From Candidatus Latescibacterota bacterium (GTDB taxonomy: Bacteria; Latescibacterota; UBA2968; GCA-2709665): a DNA stretch of 64,000 nt. Shown one piece after another: positions 18,538-27,982 of this stretch (its first letter is position 1; each line of letters begins with the position of its first letter). Both the position numbers and the translations under genes were made by a program. The stretch covers positions 4,320,001 through 4,384,000 of the forward strand of contig OZ244937.1 of assembly GCA_965222075.1 (NCBI GenBank). The letters are read 5' to 3'. Below the pieces are notes generated by a model. That model did no database searches. It was not told the DNA's origin and worked only from the letters and a program-made list of their open reading frames with translations.

Positions 18538-19917
18538 TCAAAACACCCGTACAACCGCCCCTCGCTCCTCCTCCAGACGCGCTTGAACCTGCTCGGGCGT
18601 AATGGTGTTCTCGGGCCATTCCTCCGGCGGCACGTGGGAAAGCCGGAGCAGAATCCGCGCGAGTTGGCCCACATACTCCTTGAGTTCTCTCACATTCAGC
18701 TTGTCCGCCGTATCGCCCCCCTCGTGGTGGAACTCGGCGTCCGCATGCCTGCTGTGAAACCGCCAGCGCCACAGAAACGCCGCATCCAGCCCCGTCTGCA
18801 GAAAAGGAAAGTGGTCAGAGGAGGGATCGATCTGGGCCATTACATGGCACTTCAGCCCCTCGTTCATCGTATCGAGCTGCTCCTGAACCAGGTCCCTCAA
18901 GTGGGGAAAGCCGAGTACGATCCCCTTAATCGGCCCGGTCGACAACTCGTCTAAGTTGATCGCCAGCCTCGGCGGCGTCTCCGGCCCGTAGTGGCGCGCC
19001 ACATAAGCTGACGCCCCCTGGAGCTTCTGCTCCTCAGCGCTGAACGTCACGAACCGGACCGTTCTGCCCGGCGCGCACCCGGTCTCCGCGCGCAGCTGCG
19101 CAAGCACCCGTGCCGTCTCCATCACAGCGATCGTACCCGACGCATTGTCGTTTCCGCCTGGCGCTCCGTAAACGGTATCGTGGTGTCCCCCCAGCACCAG
19201 ATGCTCCTCGGGCCAGCACGCACCCGAAAGCTCGCCCACCACATTGGCCGAAGGCGCCGTGTAAAACCTACTTTCAACCCCAACCTCCAGTTCCCGGTCT
19301 TCCAGCGCAAACCGCTGCAGCAGCGCCCCGTGTTCCCAAGACGTCACCACCGTCGGCAGCGGGTGCTCCTGAAGGCCCGGGTCCCGCCAGTCGCTGGCGC
19401 TGTGGTACTCCATGCGGCGCCCGTCTTTCTTCTCGATCACCACCCCCACCAGGGCCCCGGCCTCCGCCAGCAACCGGAGACGACAGGCGTGGTGGACCGG
19501 CGTCGTAAACGGCTCGAACGCCAGGAACATCACGGCAACCGAGCCCGCCAGCCGATCCCGGACCTGCTCGATCTCCCGGGGCGTCCCGTACCCCACGTCC
19601 ACAATTGCCCCCCGCACGTCGAACGGCGGACAGCGGTTGAAGGGCAGCACGTCAACCGGGAAATCGCCGGGGGCAACCCGGGCCTCCGCCCGGCTCCATG
19701 CCCAGGTGTCCACCTGGTACTCCTCCAGGGCAACACGGTCCAGCTCCTCAGCCTCCAGTTGACCCTGGATATAAGCAATCGCCTCTTTCTCCGCCTCGGA
19801 AGACGACCAGCGAGGCCCGATATTCTCGCACAACTCGCACACGTGCGCCTCAATATGAGACCCGGTTATTGCCTCGCCCATCATCCACCGATCCAGTGTT
19901 CGCCAGTCCAGATTCAT
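18538..19917 (-). CDS. M28 family peptidase (PA-like insert)
   Basis: GGHHDTV, GNDNASG, SAEEQ, NLD, SDH, H(H)xxxD metal ligands. Confidence 0.9.
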   Translation of the reverse strand: MNLDWRTLDRWMMGEAITGSHIEAHVCELCENIGPRWSSSEAEKEAIAYIQGQLEAEELDRVALEEYQVDTWAWSRAEARVAPGDFPVDVLPFNRCPPFDVRGAIVDVGYGTPREIEQVRDRLAGSVAVMFLAFEPFTTPVHHACRLRLLAEAGALVGVVIEKKDGRRMEYHSASDWRDPGLQEHPLPTVVTSWEHGALLQRFALEDRELEVGVESRFYTAPSANVVGELSGACWPEEHLVLGGHHDTVYGAPGGNDNASGTIAVMETARVLAQLRAETGCAPGRTVRFVTFSAEEQKLQGASAYVARHYGPETPPRLAINLDELSTGPIKGIVLGFPHLRDLVQEQLDTMNEGLKCHVMAQIDPSSDHFPFLQTGLDAAFLWRWRFHSRHADAEFHHEGGDTADKLNVRELKEYVGQLARILLRLSHVPPEEWPENTITPEQVQARLEEERGAVVRVF

Positions 19918-20356
19918 ACCGCCCCCTCTTGAATTTGCAGAGACGGACCCCTATTCATCCTCCCTCTGCTTAACCTCCACAATAGCAAAAGAGGTGAAAT
20001 CTTCTTCTTAGATTTTTGCAGGCCAAACACCTGCAATATAATGTAAAAACCCTGGATGTCAACGACCATATCGGGAAAATTCGGACAACGGTTATAACGC
20101 TTGGCGTTGAACGCATTCCGTTATATATTTTACATGAACGTGATGTGTGACTTCAAAAGAAGACAGCGAGTAATTTGACCTCACACAAAGGCACGAAGAC
20201 ACAAAGGGGGCTATCAGCTATCAGCCCCCGCACATCCGCCCCAAGGCAAGATCGCTGCATGGCTTGTTTTGCTGACTGCTGACCACTGATCCTGAAGTCA
20301 CACATGGCGTTTTACATGAATAGCGAGTTAACCAAAAGTTGCTCCCCCCCCAAAAA

Positions 20357-22018
20357 ATGACATTCGTCCCCTTCAAAATCACCGCCGCCGGCCTTGTCGC
20401 CGCCAACAGCGCCGTCCGCCTCGTCCTCTCTCCTCTGGGCAACCCTCCCCCGTTGGGCGATGACACGCTACTTGAAGAGACCGAATACAACCTTCTTGTT
20501 CGCAAACGGCGCGGCCGGGGAGGCCTCCGGCTCGAAATCGACGGTCAGAACGCCGAAGAGGTCGGTTTTCTCCGCGGCAAAAACGCCCTCTGGGGCCGCC
20601 TCAACACCGGTGACCGCCCCGGCCGCATCCGGTTGCGCGTCACCTTCGATGATCGGGAAGCCCTCTGCACGGAAATCGACGTCCGCCCCACCAAACTCGA
20701 CTATGAAACCCACTTCCAGGCCATGCGGGCCGACCTGGAAGCCATCTGCCGAGGCCTCGCCTATGCACCGCCCCGGGCCGCGCGGGTCGGTGCCCAAACC
20801 GGCAAAGGGAAAAGCACCCCGCTCGACTTCCTCCAGGCCGCACAGGCCCGCCTCTGCCGCCTCTGCCACACCCTCTGGAGTATCCTCAAACATCCCGACC
20901 GGAGGCTCGTCTCCCACCGCACGGTGCGGCCCGTCTCCCTCGCCCGGGGGCACGACCCCGCTTCGACCGCCTACCTCCTCCGCAATCCCTCTGTCTGGAC
21001 CCCCCTTCCCGACGGCCCCACACGCTTGGTTCCGCTCACCTCCGGAAACCGCCGCATCGGTTACACCGCCCTGGAAGAAACCGACCGCCATCCCAGCACC
21101 CACACTCCGGCCAACCGCCACCTCGTCGCCGTTTTGGACCACCTCTGCTGTCGGGCCCGTTCTATCCACCGCACCCTCGGCCAGGACGCCGGCCCCTACC
21201 CCGACCTCTGCCGCCGCATCCAGACCCGGCTGGGCCGCATGCTTCGCTCCACCCCGCTCCAGGGCGTCCCCCCGGCTGCGCCATCCCATCCCATCCCCAC
21301 CCACCTCGACGTCCGCTATACCACCGCCTTCGCCCTTTGTCGGGAACTGATGCAGGCCCTCGCCTCCTGCGCGGGCGGCCCCTTCAACCTCGCCTACCGC
21401 GACACCCCCACCCTCTACGAATACTGGACCTGGTTCACCCTCACCCGGGCCTTCCTCCACCTCGGCTTCTCCCCGGCTCCCAACAGCGCGGACCGCCTCT
21501 TCCGGCTCTCGGCCCGCGGCCTCACCGTCCGCCCGCTTCAGGGCGACGCCTCCGCCATCGATCTCCTCGCCGGAGACCGCAGGGTCCGCATCCTCTACAA
21601 CCCCACCTACACCGTCCGGGGAGGCCGCTCCGTCACCCACGACCTGCGGCCCGACATCGTCGTCGAAATCTGTCATCCGGGCGGACGCCGGCAGCTCCAC
21701 GCCTTCGACGCCAAATACCGCAGGAAATGGCATGCAGAGGGTGAGGGAGGCTTCTGGATCCCCACCCGCGAGGACATCGACAAAATGCACGCCTACCGAG
21801 ACGCCATCGGACAGGTCTCTCCAGAGGGATTCCAGCGCGTCCTCCAGAATGCCGTCGTCCTCTTTCCCGCCCCCGCAGACCCCCGCTATCGCACCCACCG
21901 CTTCTACGCAAGCCTCGACCACGGCATCGGCGGCCTTCCCCTTTTGCCCGGAGATCCAGAGACCGTAGCGCAACTTCAAGCCGACCTCCGGAACCGCCTC
22001 CTCAGCCAACACCCCTGA
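20357..22018 (+). CDS. McrC-like DUF2357 + PD-(D/E)XK nuclease
   Basis: TKLDY..F..M, T.ANR, LYEYW, LRPDIV, FDAKYR, DIDKMHAYRDAI, IGGLPLLPG. Confidence 0.9.
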   Translation: MTFVPFKITAAGLVAANSAVRLVLSPLGNPPPLGDDTLLEETEYNLLVRKRRGRGGLRLEIDGQNAEEVGFLRGKNALWGRLNTGDRPGRIRLRVTFDDREALCTEIDVRPTKLDYETHFQAMRADLEAICRGLAYAPPRAARVGAQTGKGKSTPLDFLQAAQARLCRLCHTLWSILKHPDRRLVSHRTVRPVSLARGHDPASTAYLLRNPSVWTPLPDGPTRLVPLTSGNRRIGYTALEETDRHPSTHTPANRHLVAVLDHLCCRARSIHRTLGQDAGPYPDLCRRIQTRLGRMLRSTPLQGVPPAAPSHPIPTHLDVRYTTAFALCRELMQALASCAGGPFNLAYRDTPTLYEYWTWFTLTRAFLHLGFSPAPNSADRLFRLSARGLTVRPLQGDASAIDLLAGDRRVRILYNPTYTVRGGRSVTHDLRPDIVVEICHPGGRRQLHAFDAKYRRKWHAEGEGGFWIPTREDIDKMHAYRDAIGQVSPEGFQRVLQNAVVLFPAPADPRYRTHRFYASLDHGIGGLPLLPGDPETVAQLQADLRNRLLSQHP

Positions 22019-22051
22019 AAAAAAGGGCCGGTCCTGAAGACCGATCCACCG

Positions 22052-22080
22052 TTGTAAAATACCTCGTGGTAGGTTATATT
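22052..22080 (+). promoter_or_regulatory. Sigma70-type promoter
   Basis: TTGTAA, 17 nt, TATATT upstream of the 22138 ORF. Confidence 0.6.
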
Positions 22081-22137
22081 TTATGCATCTCCGGATTTTC
22101 CCGTGTACGATAACGTAGCACTTCATTCCGCAATCCC

Positions 22138-22401
22138 ATGACCGACGCCCAGCTCCTTCAGGAATTTGAAGCCCTCGCCGAACGCCTCGACATCCAGGTC
22201 TCCCGCGAAGACCTGGAAGGCAGGTCAGGCGGCCTCTGCATCTTTCGGGGAGAACGCCTCCTTATCCTCGGCTGCAGCCTTGACGTCCGCACCCAGGTCG
22301 AGGTCTTCGCCCGCGAACTCGCCCGACTCCCCCTGGATGATCTCTACATTCTCCCCCGCGTCCGGGACCGCATCGACGCCTACCGGGAAACGCGGGTGTA
22401 G
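22138..22401 (+). CDS. Small conserved hypothetical protein
   Basis: 87 aa, local codon bias, 'LAERLDIQV..E....GGLC' pattern and its own promoter. Confidence 0.75.
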   Translation: MTDAQLLQEFEALAERLDIQVSREDLEGRSGGLCIFRGERLLILGCSLDVRTQVEVFARELARLPLDDLYILPRVRDRIDAYRETRV

Positions 22402-22480
22402 CCCTCACTCGCTGCGCTTGGCGCCCCTCTACTCCACCAAACACCGGCAAAAATAATCTTTCAGATACCCGGGTACAGCT

Positions 22481-22845
22481 GTTCTTTTGCTCCTGGCCTT
22501 TTTCTTGCTCGCCCAAGAAAAAGGCCGAAAAAGAAGGGCGCCTGCCTGCGCGGCGCACCGCGCTGCAGGCAGGCCGCTCAGGCGCCGCGGGGGCTGCTTT
22601 TCCGCGAATAGCCCCTGTGGTGGAAGCAGAAGCTTCTGCCCTGCGGACCTTTGGGGCGTTTCTGGGCGATGGTGCTGGAGGGAACCGCGCGGAAAAGCCC
22701 CTTCCCCCCGCCCCGAAGGCGCTGGAGGCGAGACGCGTGAGCGGACGTGTACGGACGGCGAACGTTACAGGCTTAAAATCCCCAGCGGTCTTCGCGCGGC
22801 TGCAAAAGCGTCGGTCGGCGAGGGTCTTCAGTAGAAGACCCTACT
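22481..22845. repeat. Multi-hairpin intergenic element (MITE/REP composite or ncRNA)
   Basis: Inverted repeats GGCCTTTTTCTTG/CAAGAAAAAGGCC, GCCTGCCTGC/GCAGGCAGGC, GCTTTTCCGCG/CGCGGAAAAGC, AGGGTCTTC/GAAGACCCT. Confidence 0.65.
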
Positions 22846-22874
22846 GCGTTAGGTATATAAGTCACTTTAAGAAA

Positions 22875-24896
22875 TTACAACAACACCCGCGGAAATGTGC
22901 GCACCCACCGATCCTGGTGGTGGGGCATGCTGTTGAGGGTGATGTTCAGGTCGATGGTGATGTGGAAAGCGGTTTCGGTGGTGCGGAGGTTGCAGACGGC
23001 ATCCACGGTGATGACCCCGTCGGTGCGGACGATGCGGCGGAGGTGTTTGCCGGTCGCCACGACGTCGGCGGGGTTGCGGTTGCTGGCCCAGACTTCGAGC
23101 TGTCGGGTGTTGGTGATTTCGGTGGTTTCGCTGACGCGATCCGTTGCGCGGGTGAGGGTTTTCAGGCCGACTCTGTCGCCGAGGATGTCGTGGACGATTT
23201 CCCAGACCGGCTCGCCGGGGGAGAGACCGTAGGGTTGGGTGACGGGTTCGGAGGGTTCGAATTTCATCTCGTCCGACGGTTGTTTGAGGGGGACAACAGG
23301 GAGGATCAGACGGGAGGGATGGGCTTCGTTGTGGTAGACGTCATTCGTGCCCGGATAGGGAGTGGGCCAGAGGTTGGGGAAGTCTGCGCTGGAGACAGAG
23401 AGGCGGATGCGGTGGCCGGGGTCGAAGCGCCAGGCGGTGCAGTCCAGGACGACCGTGAGTTCGTAAATCTCGCCCGGTTTGAGGGGCGTGGGGTCGGTGA
23501 GGGATTCGTGGCGGGTGGCGTTGAGGACGCCGGAGCAGACGAGGGCGCTGACGCCGTTGGGGGCAACGTCGCAGAGGCGGGCGACGAAGGCCATAACCGG
23601 GGCGGTGGAACTGACATGGAGGACGGCGCGGGGCATGCCCAGGATTTCGAGGGGGACATCCAGGGGCTCGGTAGTGTAGGTGAGGGCGTGGATCTCGTCG
23701 GGGCGCTGATCTGTGGGCATACCGAAGGGGACGCCGCCCGACCAAAGGCCGCCGCAGGTGCCGAGGGTGGGGTGGTAGTCGAAGGCTTCGGAGGCTTCGG
23801 AGGCGGAAGGGGCGTGGGCGTCTAAGACGCCCTCATCGGAGAGGTAGAGCGTGCGTTTGCTGCTGTCGGGGACGGGAAAGGTGGACTCGGTGCGCCAGTA
23901 GCCGCCGGTGTAGAGGCGGTCGGCCCTGGGGTCGTCGTATTGCTGCATGTAGACACACACGGACGGCTCGTCCATGACGCCGTTTTCCTCCCCTTTGAGC
24001 CAGTGGTCGCACCAGCGGATGACTTCGCGGATGTAGTCGATTCCAGGGCCGGGAACCGCGACATCGGGGCGGGAATGGTTCCAGGGACCGATGAGGACTT
24101 TTTTGGGCACGGTGAGGTTTTCAAAGGTGCGCAGGGGGGGATTGGGGTAGCCGTCGCGCCAGCCGCCGATCATGAAGACAGAACACCGGATCTGATTGTA
24201 ACGGCCCCGGATGCTTCCCGGGCGCCAGTAGTCGCCGTCGGTCGGGTGTTCCAGCCAGGAGAGGAGGTAAGGGACGTTGTTTTCAAGGTGTTCCTCCCAG
24301 ATGCGCGCCCACGCATCGCCGCTGTATTCGGGGTAGGGGGGCATGGCGTTCATGCCGATCATGGAGGCGCCGTATGCGCCGATGTCGTAGTAGCAGCGCC
24401 AGCAGCCGCCCCGGTAGTGGCAGTCGTCGGTGAAGCGGTCGTCGGTGAAGTACATAGGGATAATGGTGGTGAGATGGGGAGGGTGGAGGGCGGCGACCTG
24501 GACGGCGGTAAAACCGCCGTAGGAGGCGCCGAACATGGCGGTCTTGCCGGTAGACCAGGACTGCTGTGCGATCCATTCAATTGCTTCGACGCAGTCCTGC
24601 TGTTCTCGCGGGGTGTATTCGTCGGTGTTGACGCCCTCGCTACTGCCTGTGCCTCGACAGTCGATGCGCGCGCCGATGAAGCCGTGCTGCGCAAAGGTGT
24701 TGTGATAGCCCGAATAGGGGGCGGAATCGTCTTTTCGGTAAGGGATGTATTCCAGGATAAGCGGGCGGGGGGCATGCTGCCAGTCGTCGGCGTCGGGGAC
24801 GTGCATGTCCATAGCCAGGTGGACGCTGTTGGCGGTGGGGACCATGATGTTTTTGATGAAGCGGACGCCGTCTTTTGGGGAGAGTTCGATGGGCAC
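22875..24896 (-). CDS. CocE/NonD family hydrolase
   Basis: YIPYRKD, DCRGTGSSEG, GASYGG nucleophile elbow, GGWRDGY, GPWNH; GTG 24896 after GGAG. Confidence 0.93.
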   Translation of the reverse strand: MPIELSPKDGVRFIKNIMVPTANSVHLAMDMHVPDADDWQHAPRPLILEYIPYRKDDSAPYSGYHNTFAQHGFIGARIDCRGTGSSEGVNTDEYTPREQQDCVEAIEWIAQQSWSTGKTAMFGASYGGFTAVQVAALHPPHLTTIIPMYFTDDRFTDDCHYRGGCWRCYYDIGAYGASMIGMNAMPPYPEYSGDAWARIWEEHLENNVPYLLSWLEHPTDGDYWRPGSIRGRYNQIRCSVFMIGGWRDGYPNPPLRTFENLTVPKKVLIGPWNHSRPDVAVPGPGIDYIREVIRWCDHWLKGEENGVMDEPSVCVYMQQYDDPRADRLYTGGYWRTESTFPVPDSSKRTLYLSDEGVLDAHAPSASEASEAFDYHPTLGTCGGLWSGGVPFGMPTDQRPDEIHALTYTTEPLDVPLEILGMPRAVLHVSSTAPVMAFVARLCDVAPNGVSALVCSGVLNATRHESLTDPTPLKPGEIYELTVVLDCTAWRFDPGHRIRLSVSSADFPNLWPTPYPGTNDVYHNEAHPSRLILPVVPLKQPSDEMKFEPSEPVTQPYGLSPGEPVWEIVHDILGDRVGLKTLTRATDRVSETTEITNTRQLEVWASNRNPADVVATGKHLRRIVRTDGVITVDAVCNLRTTETAFHITIDLNITLNSMPHHQDRWVRTFPRVLL

Positions 24897-24913
24897 GGTA
24901 TTTTCTCCGGACC

Positions 24914-24948
24914 TAACCTCCCGGCCCCTCCCCGCGTCGGGGAGAGGC
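24914..24948. repeat. CCCCTC(T)CCC...GGGAGAGG hairpin repeat family (also about 44869-44927, 50325-50380, 55397-55429)
   Basis: Similar pyrimidine/purine-run hairpins in four spacers. Confidence 0.55.
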
Positions 24949-25221
24949 ATGGCGGTCGGGTGGGCGATGGTCGCTACAGAAAGACAGCAAAGGCGCGGAC
25001 AATAAGTAAATTGGAAATGACGCCGGATGCAAGCCTTTTTCAAGCACGCCGGTGTCTTCCGGAGGATTGCCGGGTCGGGAGGTCCAGCAATTTGAGCGCT
25101 GTGGAAAGCATCGGGCGCAATCACTTTCTGCTTTGATCATATGATGAATAACGATATCTTGAGGTGAGTCTGAAAATAAAGCCCGTGGGGCTTTGAGAAC
25201 CGGAGAATCGCTGGAGATTTT

Positions 25222-26328
25222 GTGATGAACGATCCGTTTCTTTTTACCCGGCTTGTCCGCAGCCTGCCGACGACGGTGCCGTTCGTAGGGCCCGAGACGC
25301 TGGCGCGGCGAAGCGGACGGGCTTTCAAGGTCCGATTGGGGGCGAATGAAAGCGCGTTCGGGATTTCGCCCAAGGCACACGAGGCGATGCGGGAGACGAT
25401 CAAGCGGGTGTCGTGGTACAACGATCCGGACAACTACGAGATTCGAGCGGCGGTGGCGGCATTCCATGGGATGCCTTTCGAGAATGTGGGCATCGGGAGC
25501 GGGATCGACGATCTGCTGGGGCTGGTGGTGCGGATTTTTATGGAGCAGGGGGAGACTGCGGTGACGTCGCTGGGGGCGTACCCGACGTTCAATTACCATG
25601 TGACGGGGTTCGGCGGGCGATTGCATTTTGTGCCTTATCGGGACGACCGGAACGACTTAGAGGCCCTGGCCGATGCCGCAGCAGAGACCGAGGCGCGGCT
25701 GGTGTACCTGTCCAATCCGGACAATCCGGCGGGGACGTGGCACGTTTCCAGAGACCTTGAGGCGTTTGCGGACCGGCTGCCTGAAGGGTGTATTCTGATT
25801 TTAGACGAGGCTTATGTGGAGTTTGCAACGGGTGAAGCGGTTCTCCCGCTGGATCTGGTGGACCCGCGCGTGATCCGGATGCGCACCTTTTCCAAGGCGC
25901 ATGGAATGGCCGGAGCGCGCATCGGGTACGCGATTGCAGCGGCAGAGATCGTCAACGCGTTTGAGAGGGTGCGGCACCACTTCGGGGTGAACCGGATCGC
26001 GCAGGCAGGCGCGCTGGCTTCACTTGGGGACCCGGACTTTGTAGAGCGCGTGGTGGAGGCCGTGGCAGAGGGGAGGCGGGACTACGAGGCGCTGGGGCGC
26101 GAACTGGGGTTGCCCACGCTGCCGTCGGCGACCAACTTTGTTTCGTTCGACGCAGGGGACGCAGACCGGGCGAAGTGGATGATGGATACGCTGCTGGAGC
26201 GGGGCGCGTTTGTGCGGAAGCCGGGCGCGCCGCCGTTGGACCGCTGTTTCCGGGTGACGGTGGGGACGGCGCCGGAGCGGGAGGCGTTTGCGGAGATTTT
26301 GAGAGAAGTGGTTGAGATTGAAGGTTGA
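25222..26328 (+). CDS. PLP-dependent aminotransferase class I/II (HisC-like)
   Basis: LGANE, SNPDNPAG, LDEAY, RTFSKAHGMAGARIGY, SATNF. Confidence 0.92.
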   Translation: MMNDPFLFTRLVRSLPTTVPFVGPETLARRSGRAFKVRLGANESAFGISPKAHEAMRETIKRVSWYNDPDNYEIRAAVAAFHGMPFENVGIGSGIDDLLGLVVRIFMEQGETAVTSLGAYPTFNYHVTGFGGRLHFVPYRDDRNDLEALADAAAETEARLVYLSNPDNPAGTWHVSRDLEAFADRLPEGCILILDEAYVEFATGEAVLPLDLVDPRVIRMRTFSKAHGMAGARIGYAIAAAEIVNAFERVRHHFGVNRIAQAGALASLGDPDFVERVVEAVAEGRRDYEALGRELGLPTLPSATNFVSFDAGDADRAKWMMDTLLERGAFVRKPGAPPLDRCFRVTVGTAPEREAFAEILREVVEIEG

Positions 26329-26342
26329 AAAGGAGGTGTGGG

Positions 26343-26435
26343 ATGGCGCTGATGGCCGGGGAGACGCTCAATTTTGAGGTTACCGTGGTGGATGTGCGCG
26401 ATGCAACCGACGAGGAACTGGAGCACGACCCTTAA
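26343..26435 (+). pseudogene. 30-aa ORF matching the SlyD (FKBP PPIase) C-terminal strand
   Basis: MALMAGETLNFEVTVVDVRDATDEELEHDP versus the SlyD pattern LAGKTLNFDVEVVAVREATEEELAH; preceded by AGGAGGTG. Confidence 0.75.
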
Positions 26436-26447
26436 CAGGTTTTGTTG

Positions 26448-27974
26448 ATGCGACCAACCTATGACGTCATCGTCGTTGGGGGCGGCGGTAGCGGGCTGGC
26501 GGCGGCGGTGAGCGCGGCGGAGCACGGCGCGTCTGTGCTGCTCTTAGAGAAGCAGTCTCAACTGGGCGGCACAACCGGGATTGCCGTGGGGTCGTTCAGC
26601 GCCAACCGCACGCGGTTGCAGCAACAGGCCGGCATCCGGGACGATGTGGACGCCCACGCCGAGGACGCGGGCAAGTTTGCGCCGGCCGACATCGAGGGCC
26701 GAAACGCGGAGATGCTGCGCCGGTTCTTCTTAAGCCACAGCGCGGAGACGCTGCACTGGTTGATGGGGATGGGGCTGCGCTTTCGGGGGCCGAATCCGGA
26801 GCCGCCCAACCGGGTACCGCGCATGCACAATGTGGTGCCCGGCGCCAAAGCCTACATCGCCACGCTTCAGGCCCGGCTGCTGCGTGAAGGGGGCACGACT
26901 CTCTGCGACGCGCCGGTTGAAGCGCTCCTCAAGGACGACTCGGGCGTGACCGGCGTTGTGGCCAGTGTAAAGGGCGCGCGTACCGAGTTCGGGGCCGTGC
27001 GCGGCGTGGTGCTTGCCGCGGGGGATTATGCCAATGCTCCGGAGCTGATCGGGCGGTTCAAGGGGGACCGATTCACCCAGATCGAAGGGATCAATCCCCA
27101 CGCCGGAGGGGACGGGCACGTGCTTGCCGAACAGGCCGGGGCCAGGCTGATTAACATGGATATTACCTACGGTCCGGAGATCCGGTTTGTCGCCCCGGAG
27201 GGGCAGTCGTTTCAACAGCTCCTGCCAACCCGTGGACCATTTGCCTCCCTGGTGGGAAAGCTGGCGCCCTTTGTGCCGCAGTTTGTGATGGCTATGATGA
27301 TCAGGCGCCTGCTGGTGACGTGGCAGCACCCGGAGGACGCGCTGTTTGACGACGGGGCGATCCTGGTGAACGCAAACGGCGAACGGTTCTGCGACGAGAC
27401 CACCTGGCCGGACCGGGAGATTGCAGTTGCACAGCAGCCGGACAAGGTGTGCTATATCCTGCTCGACGAACGGATCATCGAGCGTTACAGCCGGTGGCCG
27501 CACTACATCTCAACGGCGCCGAAGATCGCCTATGCTTATGTTGCGGACTACCTGAAGCTCCGGCCGGATGTGACCACAGCGGGTCCGTTGAAGACGGTGG
27601 CCGACCGGCGCGGTATTCCTGCAGCCGCGCTTCGGTTTACCGTTGAGGCCTGCAACCGGGAGCGGGCAGGCACAGGTCAGCCCCCGCTTAAAGGCGATCG
27701 CTGGGTGCTCTTCGGACCGGCGAAGGCTTATTTTACCACCACCGAGGGGAGTGCGGCGATCAACCAGGCGTTTCAGGTGCTGGACGAGAACGACCGGCCG
27801 ATTCCGGGGCTTTATGCGGTCGGGCAGAATGGACTTGGAGGACAAATTCTCTGGAGCCACGGGCTTCACATCGCCTGGGCGATGACGAGCGGGCGGCTGG
27901 TGGGGAAGATGCTGGGGACGAGGGGGTTCAGTAGCAGTAACAGGGGTAGGAAGCTGCCTGCTGCTGCCTTTTAG
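26448..27974 (+). CDS. FAD-binding oxidoreductase (fumarate reductase / 3-ketosteroid dehydrogenase flavoprotein family)
   Basis: YDVIVVGGGGSG, LEK..LGGTT, VVLAAGDY, GAILVNANGERF, PIPGLYAVG. Confidence 0.88.
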   Translation: MRPTYDVIVVGGGGSGLAAAVSAAEHGASVLLLEKQSQLGGTTGIAVGSFSANRTRLQQQAGIRDDVDAHAEDAGKFAPADIEGRNAEMLRRFFLSHSAETLHWLMGMGLRFRGPNPEPPNRVPRMHNVVPGAKAYIATLQARLLREGGTTLCDAPVEALLKDDSGVTGVVASVKGARTEFGAVRGVVLAAGDYANAPELIGRFKGDRFTQIEGINPHAGGDGHVLAEQAGARLINMDITYGPEIRFVAPEGQSFQQLLPTRGPFASLVGKLAPFVPQFVMAMMIRRLLVTWQHPEDALFDDGAILVNANGERFCDETTWPDREIAVAQQPDKVCYILLDERIIERYSRWPHYISTAPKIAYAYVADYLKLRPDVTTAGPLKTVADRRGIPAAALRFTVEACNRERAGTGQPPLKGDRWVLFGPAKAYFTTTEGSAAINQAFQVLDENDRPIPGLYAVGQNGLGGQILWSHGLHIAWAMTSGRLVGKMLGTRGFSSSNRGRKLPAAAF

Positions 27975-27982
27975 GAGGCCTT

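Noticed and set aside
22845-22874. dif site or integron attC at the skew switch (GCGTTAGGTATATAAGTCACTTTAAG)
   Set aside because: No XerD arm (TTATGTTAAAT-like), skew polarity is opposite to a terminus, and no matching RYYYAAC inverse core or integrase is present
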